Below, one piece after another: positions 39,062 to 48,069 of a stretch of DNA of 64,000 nt; position 1 is the stretch's first letter; every line of letters starts with the position of its first letter. Position numbers and translations under genes: made by a program. Origin of the DNA: Eubacteriales bacterium (GTDB lineage: Bacteria; Bacillota; Clostridia; Oscillospirales; JAAYOS01); contig JBMNIG010000021.1 in assembly GCA_050950785.1 (NCBI GenBank), forward strand, positions 88,029 through 152,028. The letters run 5' to 3'. The notes beneath the pieces were generated by a model. It ran no database searches. It was not told the DNA's origin and worked only from the letters and a program-made list of their open reading frames with translations.

Positions 39062-39301
39062 CACTCCCCTGGCTACCACGCCTTAATTGCCCGTTTAATG
39101 CCTTACAAAGAGCTCTAGCCAAACATACTGACAGCACCTGTGGCAGATGGTGTAGCGATGAGCGATAGTCTGCCAGCCAAAGTTTTATTTGCACTGTCTT
39201 AGGATGGGGTGATGGCACCCCTAACTTTGGATAGCTACGGATACAGGCAACGGACTTCCGACTACCACCAAAGAATCCCCTGGCTTTAGTCATTGGGAGC
39301 G
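39062..39301. ncRNA. Candidate structured RNA of unknown class (minus strand weakly favoured)
   Basis: Non-coding gap with nested perfect helices: 39141-39147/39169-39175 (7 bp), 39177-39184/39223-39230 (8 bp) and 39206-39211/39216-39221 (6 bp, tetraloop). A closing helix 39062-39068/39295-39301 gives 7 pairs only if read on the minus strand, where one G-U pair forms in place of the C-A mismatch on plus. Confidence 0.3.
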
Positions 39302-39449
39302 TCAAACGCATCAATTCCGCTTTACCATATTATGCAGAAATGCCGTAAGTTGTGATAAAAAAGTAATTATATTCTAAATCAAGGCTTGACTTAAACCTAA
39401 CTCTAGCATATATACTAAGACTAATAATACATATCATGGAGGCGGGGAA

Positions 39450-40595
39450 ATGATTTATCGCGAAATAGGCAGGACGGGGAAAAAGGCAGGCATAATTGGG
39501 CTTGGTTGCGAACATCTGGATGGCAAGCCGTATGAACAGGTGAAAGAAACTATACATACTGCGCTAGATCATGGGATAAACCACTTTGATGTGTTCATGC
39601 CCGGCAAAGAAATACGCGAAAACATCGCAAAGGCATTGGGTAGCAAGCGAAAAGATGTATATATCCAGGGACATATTGGCTCCACAGACGTAAATCAGCA
39701 GTATGATATCAGCCGCGATATGAAAACCGTGCGAAAATACTTTGAAGACTGCCTTCGCATATTTGGTGGTTATATCGATTTTGGAATGCTGTTTTTCATT
39801 GACTCCGAGGAGGAATTTGACAAAGTATTTAACGGAGGACTTGCTGACTATGCCCTGCAGCTTAAGCAAAACGGCGACATAGGTCACATTGGTTTTAGCT
39901 CGCACAGACCACAGATTGCAAGAAAAGTCGTTGAAACCGGCATTGTAGAAGCAATGTTATTTAGCATCAACTTGGCTTTTGACTTGACTCCGGTGGAGCA
40001 GTACGCCCTTGATGGATTAGGCAAAGGATTTGATGCTAGTAGTTTTCACGGACTTGACCCCGAGCGTGCCGCTTTGTACACACTCTGCGAAAAGGAAGGC
40101 GTCGGGATCAGCGTCATGAAGACACTGGGCGCAGGCAAGCTCATCTCCAAGGAGCATACACCATTTTCAAAACCTATGACTGTCAATCAGTGTATTCACT
40201 ATGCCCTCAGCCGTCCTGCTGTGTTCAGTGCCCTTCTCGGTTGCCAGACCGGCAATGAAGTTCTTGACGCGCTTAAGTATCTTGATGCCAGCGAAGAAGA
40301 AAAGGACTATACCCAGTTCATCGGCGAACTTCAGAACGACTTTAGCGAGCGCTGTGTCTATTGTAGTCACTGTCAGCCTTGCCCTGAAGAAATCGATATT
40401 GCCACAGTAAACAAATATTTGGACATCGCTATGCTTGATGTGGGTAATATCAGCCCCTCTATCCGATCACATTATGAAAGCCTTGGGCGCCACGGTAGCG
40501 ACTGCATTTCCTGTGGTCACTGCGAAAGCCGCTGTCCCTTTGATGTGCCAATCATAGAAAATATGCAAAAGGCAGCACAGCTTTTTGGAGTATAG
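39450..40595 (+). CDS. Aldo/keto reductase with C-terminal 4Fe-4S ferredoxin domain
   Basis: 381-aa ORF with RBS GGAGG. The AKR N-terminus is YREIGRTGKKAGIIGLGCEHL. The C-terminal Cys clusters are CVYCSHCQPCPEE and CISCGHCESRCP. Confidence 0.85.
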   Translation: MIYREIGRTGKKAGIIGLGCEHLDGKPYEQVKETIHTALDHGINHFDVFMPGKEIRENIAKALGSKRKDVYIQGHIGSTDVNQQYDISRDMKTVRKYFEDCLRIFGGYIDFGMLFFIDSEEEFDKVFNGGLADYALQLKQNGDIGHIGFSSHRPQIARKVVETGIVEAMLFSINLAFDLTPVEQYALDGLGKGFDASSFHGLDPERAALYTLCEKEGVGISVMKTLGAGKLISKEHTPFSKPMTVNQCIHYALSRPAVFSALLGCQTGNEVLDALKYLDASEEEKDYTQFIGELQNDFSERCVYCSHCQPCPEEIDIATVNKYLDIAMLDVGNISPSIRSHYESLGRHGSDCISCGHCESRCPFDVPIIENMQKAAQLFGV

Positions 40596-40627
40596 TTGTT
40601 TTATGATCTAGTCTACACAACAAAACT

Positions 40628-40653
40628 GCGCCGAACCTTGATTGGTTCGGCGC
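40628..40653. terminator. Bidirectional intrinsic terminator
   Basis: 10-bp perfect GC-rich stem GCGCCGAACC / GGTTCGGCGC with a 6-nt loop. T-rich sequence follows on the minus strand. Confidence 0.65.
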
Positions 40654-40803
40654 GTAATAATTTACTTTATAAGTATATTTACTTTTATATGGATCCTTTG
40701 CCGCTTTCCCAAATTCTACGATATTTCCCACGACTTGCTGTTGTGAAAGCGGTAATTCTCTATGTTGGCAATGATCACAAAGTGCGCGTGCAAGTTTGCG
40801 ACT

Positions 40804-42333
40804 TTATAATACTGCCAGCTCTTTATACCTGTCTTTTAATGAAGTATATAAACTTTGATAAAGTTTGTGGTACTCTGCATATTTGACCGTGTTTTCAGAG
40901 ATTGGATCTTGTTGAGGATTCGACTTTACCATAACTTCACATGCGGTCTTGACATCAGGATATATTCCGGTACCGACTGCAGCCAAGATCGCAACACCCA
41001 GAGCCGGGCCTTCCTTTGATTTGACAGTACGTACAGGACAACCGTACACATCGGCCATCATTTGGCGCCAGAGAGGACTAGTTCCACCGCCACCACAGGC
41101 ATACATCTCGCTAAATTCAACGCCCATCTCCCGCAATATGTCGTAGCAGTCTTTAAGTGAGTATGTAACGCCCTCCATGACTGCCCGAATCATGTCTTTT
41201 GCGAGTGTGGATGGCAGAAAGCCCAAAGAAAACACCTCTGCAATCGGGGTCAAGGTGCGGGGTCCGCTCTCCCATCAAATACGGAAGATATATGATGCGA
41301 TTTGCACCAACCGGAACCTCAGCCGCTTTCTCATCCATGACTACAAAGGGATCAACCCCGCGCTTCTCAGCCTCTACTCTTTCGATACTACAGAAGTTGT
41401 TGCGGAACCACTGAAGTGAAAGACCTGCTCCCTGTGTTACACCCATTACATGCCATGCACCCGGAACAGCGCAGCAGAAAGTGTGGACTCGCCCTTCTTT
41501 GTCTATCGATATGTTTATCAGTATGCGCATAGACAACGCCACTAGTTCCTATAGTCGTAAACGCACTTCCATCGGTGACAACACCAGTGCCTACTGCAGC
41601 TGCTGCGTTATCCCCTGCGCCTCCGACAACAGGTGGTAGAGACAGCAAGGCCGGTAGCTTTAGCAGCTTCTTCTGTAACATAACCTGTTATTTCAACCGA
41701 CTCATACACCTTCCCCAGCATTGCCGGATCAATTTCCAGAGCCTGCAGCACTTCGTCAGACCAACAGCGGTTTGGTACATCTAACAACTGCATTCCGCTT
41801 GCGTCTGAAACTTCCGTTGCATACTCGCCGGTCAGACGGAACCTCAAATAGTCCTTGGGAAGCAGGATATGCCTACATTTTGCGTAGACTTCAGGCTCAT
41901 TGTTACGAACCCAAAGTATTTTCGAGGCAGTAAATCCTGTAAGAGCCGGATTGGCAGTTATTTCGATCAGCCGTTCCTTGCCCACACGGCGATGGATCTC
42001 ATCACACTCGGCCGCTGTCCGCTGGTCACACCAAATAATGCTACGCCGCAGCGGTCCTTTTCGACTCGTCTAGCATTACCAGACCATGCATCTGTCCTGA
42101 AATGCCAATGCCAGCTATATCTGCAGGACCGATACCCGAATCGGTGATGACAGCTCGAATCGTCTCGAATGCAGCATTTATCCAATCCTCTGGATCCTGC
42201 TCGGCCCATCCGTTATGGTGGCTGATACATTGGGGTATTCCACAGTAGAGGACGAAATGGGCGCACCTGCCGAATCGAACAAAACCGTCTTAGTTCCGCT
42301 TGTACCCAGATCAATTCCAAGCAAATACTTCAT
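40804..42333 (-). pseudogene. xylB: Xylulokinase, disrupted by at least 6 single-nt indels
   Basis: Five overlapping ORF fragments in different frames tile a complete FGGY kinase. It runs from MKYLLGIDLGTSGTKTVLFD (start 42333) through ..HNGWAEQDPEDW.., ..RRSIIWCDQRTAAECDEI.., ..GGAGDNAAAAVGTG.. and ..LPYLMGERTPHLDP.. to ..YACGGGGTSPLWRQMMADV... Frame switches fall near 42231, 42218, 42058-42061, 41630-41650, 41500-41515 and 41197-41200. Confidence 0.85.
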
Positions 42334-42338
42334 TTCGT

Positions 42339-43660
42339 TCACCTAAACAAGACGGAGTTGACAATGCTTTCCAGATACTCAATGCGGCCTGAGCCGGGGG
42401 TATCGGGCTTTCCGAGCTTCTCAGCATATTCTGCCAGCTCTTCAAGTGTCGCCTCTCCGGATACGATTTTCGCACCTATTCCACTGTTATAGCTTGAGTA
42501 CCTGTCAGCAATGAACCTGATCGATCCGCCCATCTTCTATTATTGCAGCAGCTTTAATAAGTCCAAGGGCAAAGCTATCCATTCCAAGGATATATCCGTA
42601 GAACATGTCCTCAACAGTATTTGACGAGCGGCGGTTTTTTTTGCGGTCAAAGTTCAGTCCTCCGCGGAGTCCTCCCGCCTTTAGGACCTCGTACATGCAC
42701 ATTGTGGTCTCATATACATCAAATGGGAATTCGTCTGTGTCCCCAACCTAAAAGGAGATCCCCCTGATTGGCAACGATGCTTCCAAGCATATCGTTGATC
42801 GCTGCTGTTCTCAACTCATGCTGGAATGTGTGACCTGCTAGTGTTGCGTGGTTTGCTTCAATGTTGATTTTGAAAATCTTTGTCAAGGCCGTATTGACGA
42901 AGGAAAACCGATTGCTGTGGCAGTATCAAAGTCATACTGATGCTTCATTGGCTCCTTCGGCTTTGGCTCTATCAAAAAGTCCCCTTCAAATCCGATGCTG
43001 CGACCATAATCAACAGCCATCTTCATCAGCCGGGCGATATTGTCAAGCTCAAGTTTCATATCTGTGTTAAGAAGTGTTTCATAGCCTTCACGACCACCCC
43101 AGAACACATATCCGCGCCCACCTAATTTGACTGTGATATCAAGCGCCTTCTTTATTTGTGCAGCAGCAAAGCAGAACACATCCGCCGAGTTTGAAGTACC
43201 CGCTCCGTTCATGAATCTCGGGTTGCTAAACAGATTTGCGGTACCCCAAAGGCATTTCTTACCGGTCTGCTTCATCTTCTCAAGGATATGATCACTGATT
43301 TCGTCTAGACGCGCATTTGTTTCGGCGATGGTGTCTGCCTCGGGAACAAGATCCACATCGTGGAAGCAAAAATACTCAACGGCCGAGTTTATCCATAAAC
43401 TCAAAACCTGCATCCACTTTTGCCTTTGCATGTTCCATTGTGTCCGGTTTTGCTCCAAAGGACTTATCGGCTGTGTCTCTGCCGAACATGTCGGTTCCGG
43501 CGGCGCCAAGATTGTGCCACCACGCCATTGCAAATGGTAGATGCTCGCGCATAGGCTTGCCCATGATCACTCGATCCGGATCGTAATACTTGAATGCCAA
43601 TGGATTTTTGCTGTCCGGACCTTCGTATTTGATTTTTGGTATCGAATCAAAATAGCTCAT
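42339..43660 (-). pseudogene. xylA: Xylose isomerase, disrupted by at least 5 single-nt indels
   Basis: The fragments tile a full class-II XylA: [27 protein letters not shown].., ..[11 protein letters not shown].., ..[21 protein letters not shown].., ..[18 protein letters not shown].., ..[18 protein letters not shown].., ..LGWDTDEFP.., ..FIADRYSSY... Frame switches fall near 43381-43384, 42905, 42868, 42741-42744 and 42515-42518. Confidence 0.9.
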
Positions 43661-43697
43661 TACTTAATCCTCCCTGATATTGTGTTGGTATATAAAA

Positions 43698-44204
43698 TCA
43701 AGGCCTAATGGCCGTATTCTCAAAATCACATGCGGTCTCAAGAATTTTTACCAATGCTTCAAGCCCGGATCTGTCATCCTCATCAAAGCGATTGAATTGT
43801 GGACTGTCAATATCGAGTACACCGATCACCTTGCCATCATTTCGAATAGGAACTACGATTCTGAATTTGATGCACTATCACATGCTATATGACCCGGAAA
43901 TTTATGAACATCTTCAACTAACTGGGTCCTATTCTCAGCCACCGCTGTCCGCAAACGCCTTTACCCACCGCAATACGAATGCAGGCTGTTTTTCCTTGGA
44001 AAGGGCATAGCACAAGCTCGCCGTTGTGCATCAAATAGAACCCACCCAATTTATATCGCGAAGTGCATTAAACAGGAGAGCTGAAGCATTGCTCAAATTC
44101 GAAAGATAGAATGTTTCACCATCCGTCAATGCTTTTAATTGTTGCGCCAGCAGGTCATATAGTTCCTTTTTGTTTTCGGGGTACGTTGTCTGATGTAATT
44201 CCAT
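43698..44204 (-). pseudogene. GAF-domain protein (free methionine-R-sulfoxide reductase / YebR-like), 3 single-nt deletions
   Basis: Hand translation from the ATG at 44204 gives [55 protein letters not shown]. The reading continues only after frame changes: [31 protein letters not shown], then [30 protein letters not shown], then IVVPIRNDGKVIGVLDIDSPQFNRFDEDD... Switches fall near 44038-44041, 43947-43950 and 43858-43862. The layout parallels E. coli YebR. Confidence 0.75.
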
Positions 44205-44326
44205 ACTGTTATCTCTTTAGCACTACCAGATAATTAGCTGTGCGTATAATTTATACGGTTATCGATCGTTTTGTATACGATATTCTCAACTTCCAGTTGG
44301 CTTCTATATGTTATAGGGAATCTCGG

Positions 44327-45371
44327 TCAAATGACCTTCAGTGATTTCAACCAGACTTTCACGAATCTTGATCTCGTTCCCAATATGAAACGTTCGGTTT
44401 CAGGCTCTGATCCACTGATATAATAGTCAAATGCTTTTTTTACCGCTTGATAACCTTGAGCCACCGGTTGCTGGCAAATCGTCGCCTTTATTATCCCACG
44501 TTCCACCATTTCCACCGTGGTTGGTATATCGTCAAATGATACTATGGTCATTTTCTCCTGACAGCCGTGTCGAAGCACCGCCCTGCAAACACCATACACT
44601 CCACCCGCTACTATAAAAATAGCATCCATCTCCGGGTGATTTTGCAGCATTTTGCTGGTTTCTTCATAGGCACAGATATCGTCATCATTGGTTTCAATAA
44701 TTCTAGCATCTTCAAGTCCGGGTACCTTGCTTTCATCACAGAGTGAAACCCCGCAATTCGCTGACTGTGGCCTAGCATCTTGTACGACCCCATAGCAACA
44801 CCGAAGTTTGCTTTGCCCCCTGTCCAGCAAAGCCATCATACCGCATGCAATCCCTCCGCTTTTCTTGTAGTCGCTACCTACATAACATAATCTGGAGCTG
44901 TTTTCAATATCGGTATTAAGAGCAATGGTAGGTATACCCTTTTGTTTGAGTGAGTCGATTTTTTCTGCAATCCTAATATCATTTATCGGAACCAATAACA
45001 GCATGCTTATTCGATCCTCAAACTCTTCTATGCACTTGAGCTGCTGGACAGGATCAAACCCTCTCATTGTCTTGATTTCAATTCTGACTCCAAAATCTCG
45101 AAGCTCATTTTCCGCATTGCGTATACCTATGATCACATCGTCAAAAAAAGCGTTTCCTTCGGATGGCAGCAACACACCAAAAAGGGGTGATTTCTTTCTA
45201 ACCGCAAGTGCTTTGCCGGCCAGATTCGGAGAATACCCTAGCTGCTGCGCCACCTTCCGTACCCGCTTCTCGGTATCCGCGATGGACATTTCCACGATTG
45301 TTGAGCACTCTATCTACCGTCCCACGGGAAACACCGCTTACCTCGGCAATCTTTTTTATCGTAACAGACAT
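44327..45371 (-). pseudogene. LacI-family transcriptional regulator, at least 3 frameshifts
   Basis: The HTH MSVTIKKIAEVSGVSRGTVDRVLNNRGNV starts at 45371 in a different frame from the 322-aa ORF body (SIADTEKRVRKVAQQLGYSPN..). An internal stretch of about 35 codons makes sense only in the frame of ORF 44611..44793 (GSYKMLGHSQRIAGFHSVMKARYPDLK). The C-terminal residues may also be out of frame. Confidence 0.75.
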
Positions 45372-45765
45372 CGGATCCTCCCACGGTTGTCTATATCATT
45401 ACAATGTGCTCGTGCACTATAGCTTGATTCATGGCTTATAATATCAAAATTGAGCCTTATTGTCAATTTTAAATGCATGAGTTCAGTAAGTTATCATAAT
45501 TAGATATTCCGAATTATATATTGATGATAAAAACTATCAATATTCGGATATTTGGACACAACGTTTTATTGACATTTAATGCTTATGATGGTATTGTAAA
45601 CTAAACAATTTTACTTATTTATATGCAGGATTCGTACAAGCTTATTATGAAGCTTGTGACCTTTTATTCGTCACTCACCATATACGAAGATTGATTATTA
45701 GTGCACGTGCACACACAAGAGTTTGTCTAGACAGTACACCATCTTTGAACAAGGGGGATAATGAC

Positions 45766-47841
45766 ATGAAATGCACAAAAGAGTATCGCTTGTCCTTTAC
45801 AGACAAAGCAAAAGAGCTCATTTCACAGATGAGCCTTGAAGAAAAAGTTCATTTGATGAGCGGTTGGATGAAGCCCGGAGATATTGGCGGAATAATGTCG
45901 GGAAGTGATCCTGCCATCCATTACAACCATATTCCATATGGAGCAGGCGGAAATGACAGGCTTGGAATTCCACCCGTTCTCTTCTGTGACGGTCCGCGTG
46001 GAGTGGTTTGCGGCACAGGCAAGAGTACATGTTTCCCTGTAACGATGCTGCGCGGAGCTACATTTGATACTGAGCTTGAAGAGAAAGTTGGCAGAGCTAT
46101 CGGACGTGAAATCAGAGCTTATGGCGGCAATTTCTTCGGTGGCGTCTGCATAAACCTGCCCATCAATCCGGGATGGGGCCGCAGCCAGGAAACTTACGGC
46201 GAGGACAGTTTTGCGATCGGACAGATGGGAGCATCCCTTACACGGGGCGTGCAGGAGGAAAATGTCATAGCTTGCGTCAAACACTATGCCTTCAACTCTA
46301 TGGAGATCAGTCGTTTTAAGTGCAGTGTTGATTGCGACAGACGCACAGAACGCGAAGTTTATCTCCCTCACTTTAAGGACTGTGTCGATGCCGGTGCCGC
46401 CAGCATAATGAGCGCGTACAATCTCTATAAGGGTACTCATTGCGGTCACAGCGACTACTTACTTAGAAAAGTCCTTAAAGAGGAGTGGGACTTTGACGGT
46501 TTCGTTATAAGTGACTTCATTTATGGAGTCAAGGATACCGTAGAGGGTGCAAATGGCGGCATGGACATAGAAATGTGCTGGACTTATCATTTTGGTGATA
46601 AACTTGTCGAAGCTGTAAAGGAAGGTCTAGTGCCTGAAGAGAGAATTGATGAAGCAGCATTGCGGATAGTCCGTACGATCCTTGCTTTCGAAGAAGCTTA
46701 TTCGTCAAGCGGCAAAAACTACAGCGAAGAAATAATTGGCTGTAAAGACCATATAAATCTTGCACTGGAAGCTGCACGCAAGGGTATAACCCTTCTCAAA
46801 AACGACGAAGTCCTCCCACTGGATAAAACGAAAACAAAGAAGATAGCGGTTATAGGAAAGCTTGCAGATAAAGCCAATATCGGTGATCATGGGTCAAGTC
46901 GTGTTTATCCTGCATATGTAGTTACTCCATTGGAAGGCTTACGTAAAATTGCGCCTGAAGTGAAAATCGTCTATTGTGACGGCAGCGACATTGAAGCTGC
47001 AAAGGTGGAAGCACGAAATGCGGATGCTGCAATTTTTGTCCTTGGATACCAGCACTCTGACGAAGGTGAATATGTCAGCCCACAAGGTCGTGAGAGTTAT
47101 ACCGGAGGAATGGGCGGGGACCGCAAAGATAGTCTCGGATTGCATGCTGAAGATATCAATCTCATTTATGAAATTGCACCTGAAAACAAGAACTCTGTAG
47201 TTGTTCTTATAGGCGGAAACATGATCATGATGACTGAGTGGATAGATAAGGTAAGCTCCGTGCTCATGGCTTACTATCCCGGCCAGGAGGGCGGCACAGC
47301 AATTGCCGAGATATTGTTTGGCAATGTCAATCCATCCGGCAAAATCCCATTTGTCATTCCGTATGAGGAAAGTGATCTGCCACAAGTAAACTGGGATACT
47401 ACAAACCAGTGGTATGACTATTATCACGGATACACAAGGCTTGAAAAGGAAGGCAAAAAACCTCTGCATCCTTACGGATTTGGTATGTCATATACTACTT
47501 TTGAGTATTTGGATCCTGTCTTCAGCGTGAAAGATGATAAGGTCGTGGCAAAGTGTACCGTAAAGAACACCGGCAAACTTGCAGGCGACGAGGTAGTGCA
47601 GCTCTATATTGGATTTAAGAATTCAGCCGTAGACCGCCCCGTCAAGTTGCTGCGAGGATTTAAACGCATTAGTTTGACACCGGGAGAAAGTGTACAAGTC
47701 GAGATAGGATGTCCAGTCGAAAAACTGAAATGGTATGACCCCAAAACTGCGGCTTTTGAACTTGAACATATGTCTTATGAGGTTTATATAGGCTCATCAT
47801 CTTCTGACAGCGACCTGCTTGCCGGATCCATCACTCTGTAA
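45766..47841 (+). CDS. Glycoside hydrolase family 3 (beta-glucosidase / beta-xylosidase)
   Basis: ORF 45691..47841 trimmed to the ATG at 45766 (GGGGGA upstream). It has the GH3 motifs KHYAFNSME and GFVISDF (nucleophile Asp context). C-terminal GH3_C and fibronectin-like domains are present. Confidence 0.9.
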   Translation: MKCTKEYRLSFTDKAKELISQMSLEEKVHLMSGWMKPGDIGGIMSGSDPAIHYNHIPYGAGGNDRLGIPPVLFCDGPRGVVCGTGKSTCFPVTMLRGATFDTELEEKVGRAIGREIRAYGGNFFGGVCINLPINPGWGRSQETYGEDSFAIGQMGASLTRGVQEENVIACVKHYAFNSMEISRFKCSVDCDRRTEREVYLPHFKDCVDAGAASIMSAYNLYKGTHCGHSDYLLRKVLKEEWDFDGFVISDFIYGVKDTVEGANGGMDIEMCWTYHFGDKLVEAVKEGLVPEERIDEAALRIVRTILAFEEAYSSSGKNYSEEIIGCKDHINLALEAARKGITLLKNDEVLPLDKTKTKKIAVIGKLADKANIGDHGSSRVYPAYVVTPLEGLRKIAPEVKIVYCDGSDIEAAKVEARNADAAIFVLGYQHSDEGEYVSPQGRESYTGGMGGDRKDSLGLHAEDINLIYEIAPENKNSVVVLIGGNMIMMTEWIDKVSSVLMAYYPGQEGGTAIAEILFGNVNPSGKIPFVIPYEESDLPQVNWDTTNQWYDYYHGYTRLEKEGKKPLHPYGFGMSYTTFEYLDPVFSVKDDKVVAKCTVKNTGKLAGDEVVQLYIGFKNSAVDRPVKLLRGFKRISLTPGESVQVEIGCPVEKLKWYDPKTAAFELEHMSYEVYIGSSSSDSDLLAGSITL

Positions 47842-47971
47842 AGTATTCTGCAAATACCTTGTCTGGACAAAAAGCTGAACAAGAATACAGGTACCATGTC
47901 CAGTTTTGAAAATCAAGTTGTTTGCGGACAAGGGAAAGGTACCATGTACATCTTCATAACAAAGTCGTTTA

Positions 47972-48009
47972 AAAGATAAATCAGGGCATCAAGCCCTGAT
48001 TTATCTTTT
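47972..48009. terminator. Bidirectional intrinsic terminator
   Basis: 16-bp perfect stem AAAGATAAATCAGGGC / GCCCTGATTTATCTTT with a 5-nt loop, between convergent genes. Confidence 0.7.
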
Positions 48010-48069
48010 CGTCAAAGTGATACGACTCCGGATATCAACGGACAAGGAACCTGCCCCCCTGTCCGCGAG

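Noticed and set aside
39062-39301. Identification of the structured element as tmRNA, RNase P RNA, SRP RNA, 6S RNA or a known riboswitch
   Set aside because: Key signatures are absent: GGAUUCGAC plus a T-arm/CCACCA end for tmRNA, GAGGAAAGUCC and ACAGAAxxxGGCUUA for RNase P, and GGAAGCAGC for SRP. The M-box, ydaO, B12 and c-di-GMP cores are also missing. This was recall only, so a proper Rfam scan is still needed.
38835-39314. 159-aa minus-strand ORF spanning the sigK upstream region
   Set aside because: It overlaps the sigK N-terminus out of frame and has no start context or protein-like motifs. It coincides with the helix-rich non-coding element, so it is most likely a chance ORF.
40656-40803. 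Stop-free minus-strand frame downstream of xylB (..LARALCDHCQHRELPLSQQQVVGNIVEFGKAAKDPYK..)
   Set aside because: It has no start codon or SD. It runs through the terminator hairpin and into the antisense of the AKR gene, and I recognised no family. It could be a gene remnant, but that is unsupported.
42630-42660. A8 run in xylA (GACCGCAAAAAAAACCGC) as an additional frameshift site
   Set aside because: The reading frame is continuous and conserved on both sides ([16 protein letters not shown]), so no frame change is required here. The local residues differ slightly from typical XylA, but that is not evidence of an indel.
40804-43660. Programmed ribosomal frameshifting as an explanation for the split xylA/xylB frames
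   Set aside because: There are too many switches (at least 11 in 2.9 kb), in both directions, without slippery heptamers or downstream structures. This fits mutation or sequencing error, not recoding.
45823-46449. 208-aa antisense ORF within the GH3 gene, and similar shadows in the GH78, SNF2 and kinase genes
   Set aside because: Shadow ORFs opposite well-supported genes, with no motifs or start signals.
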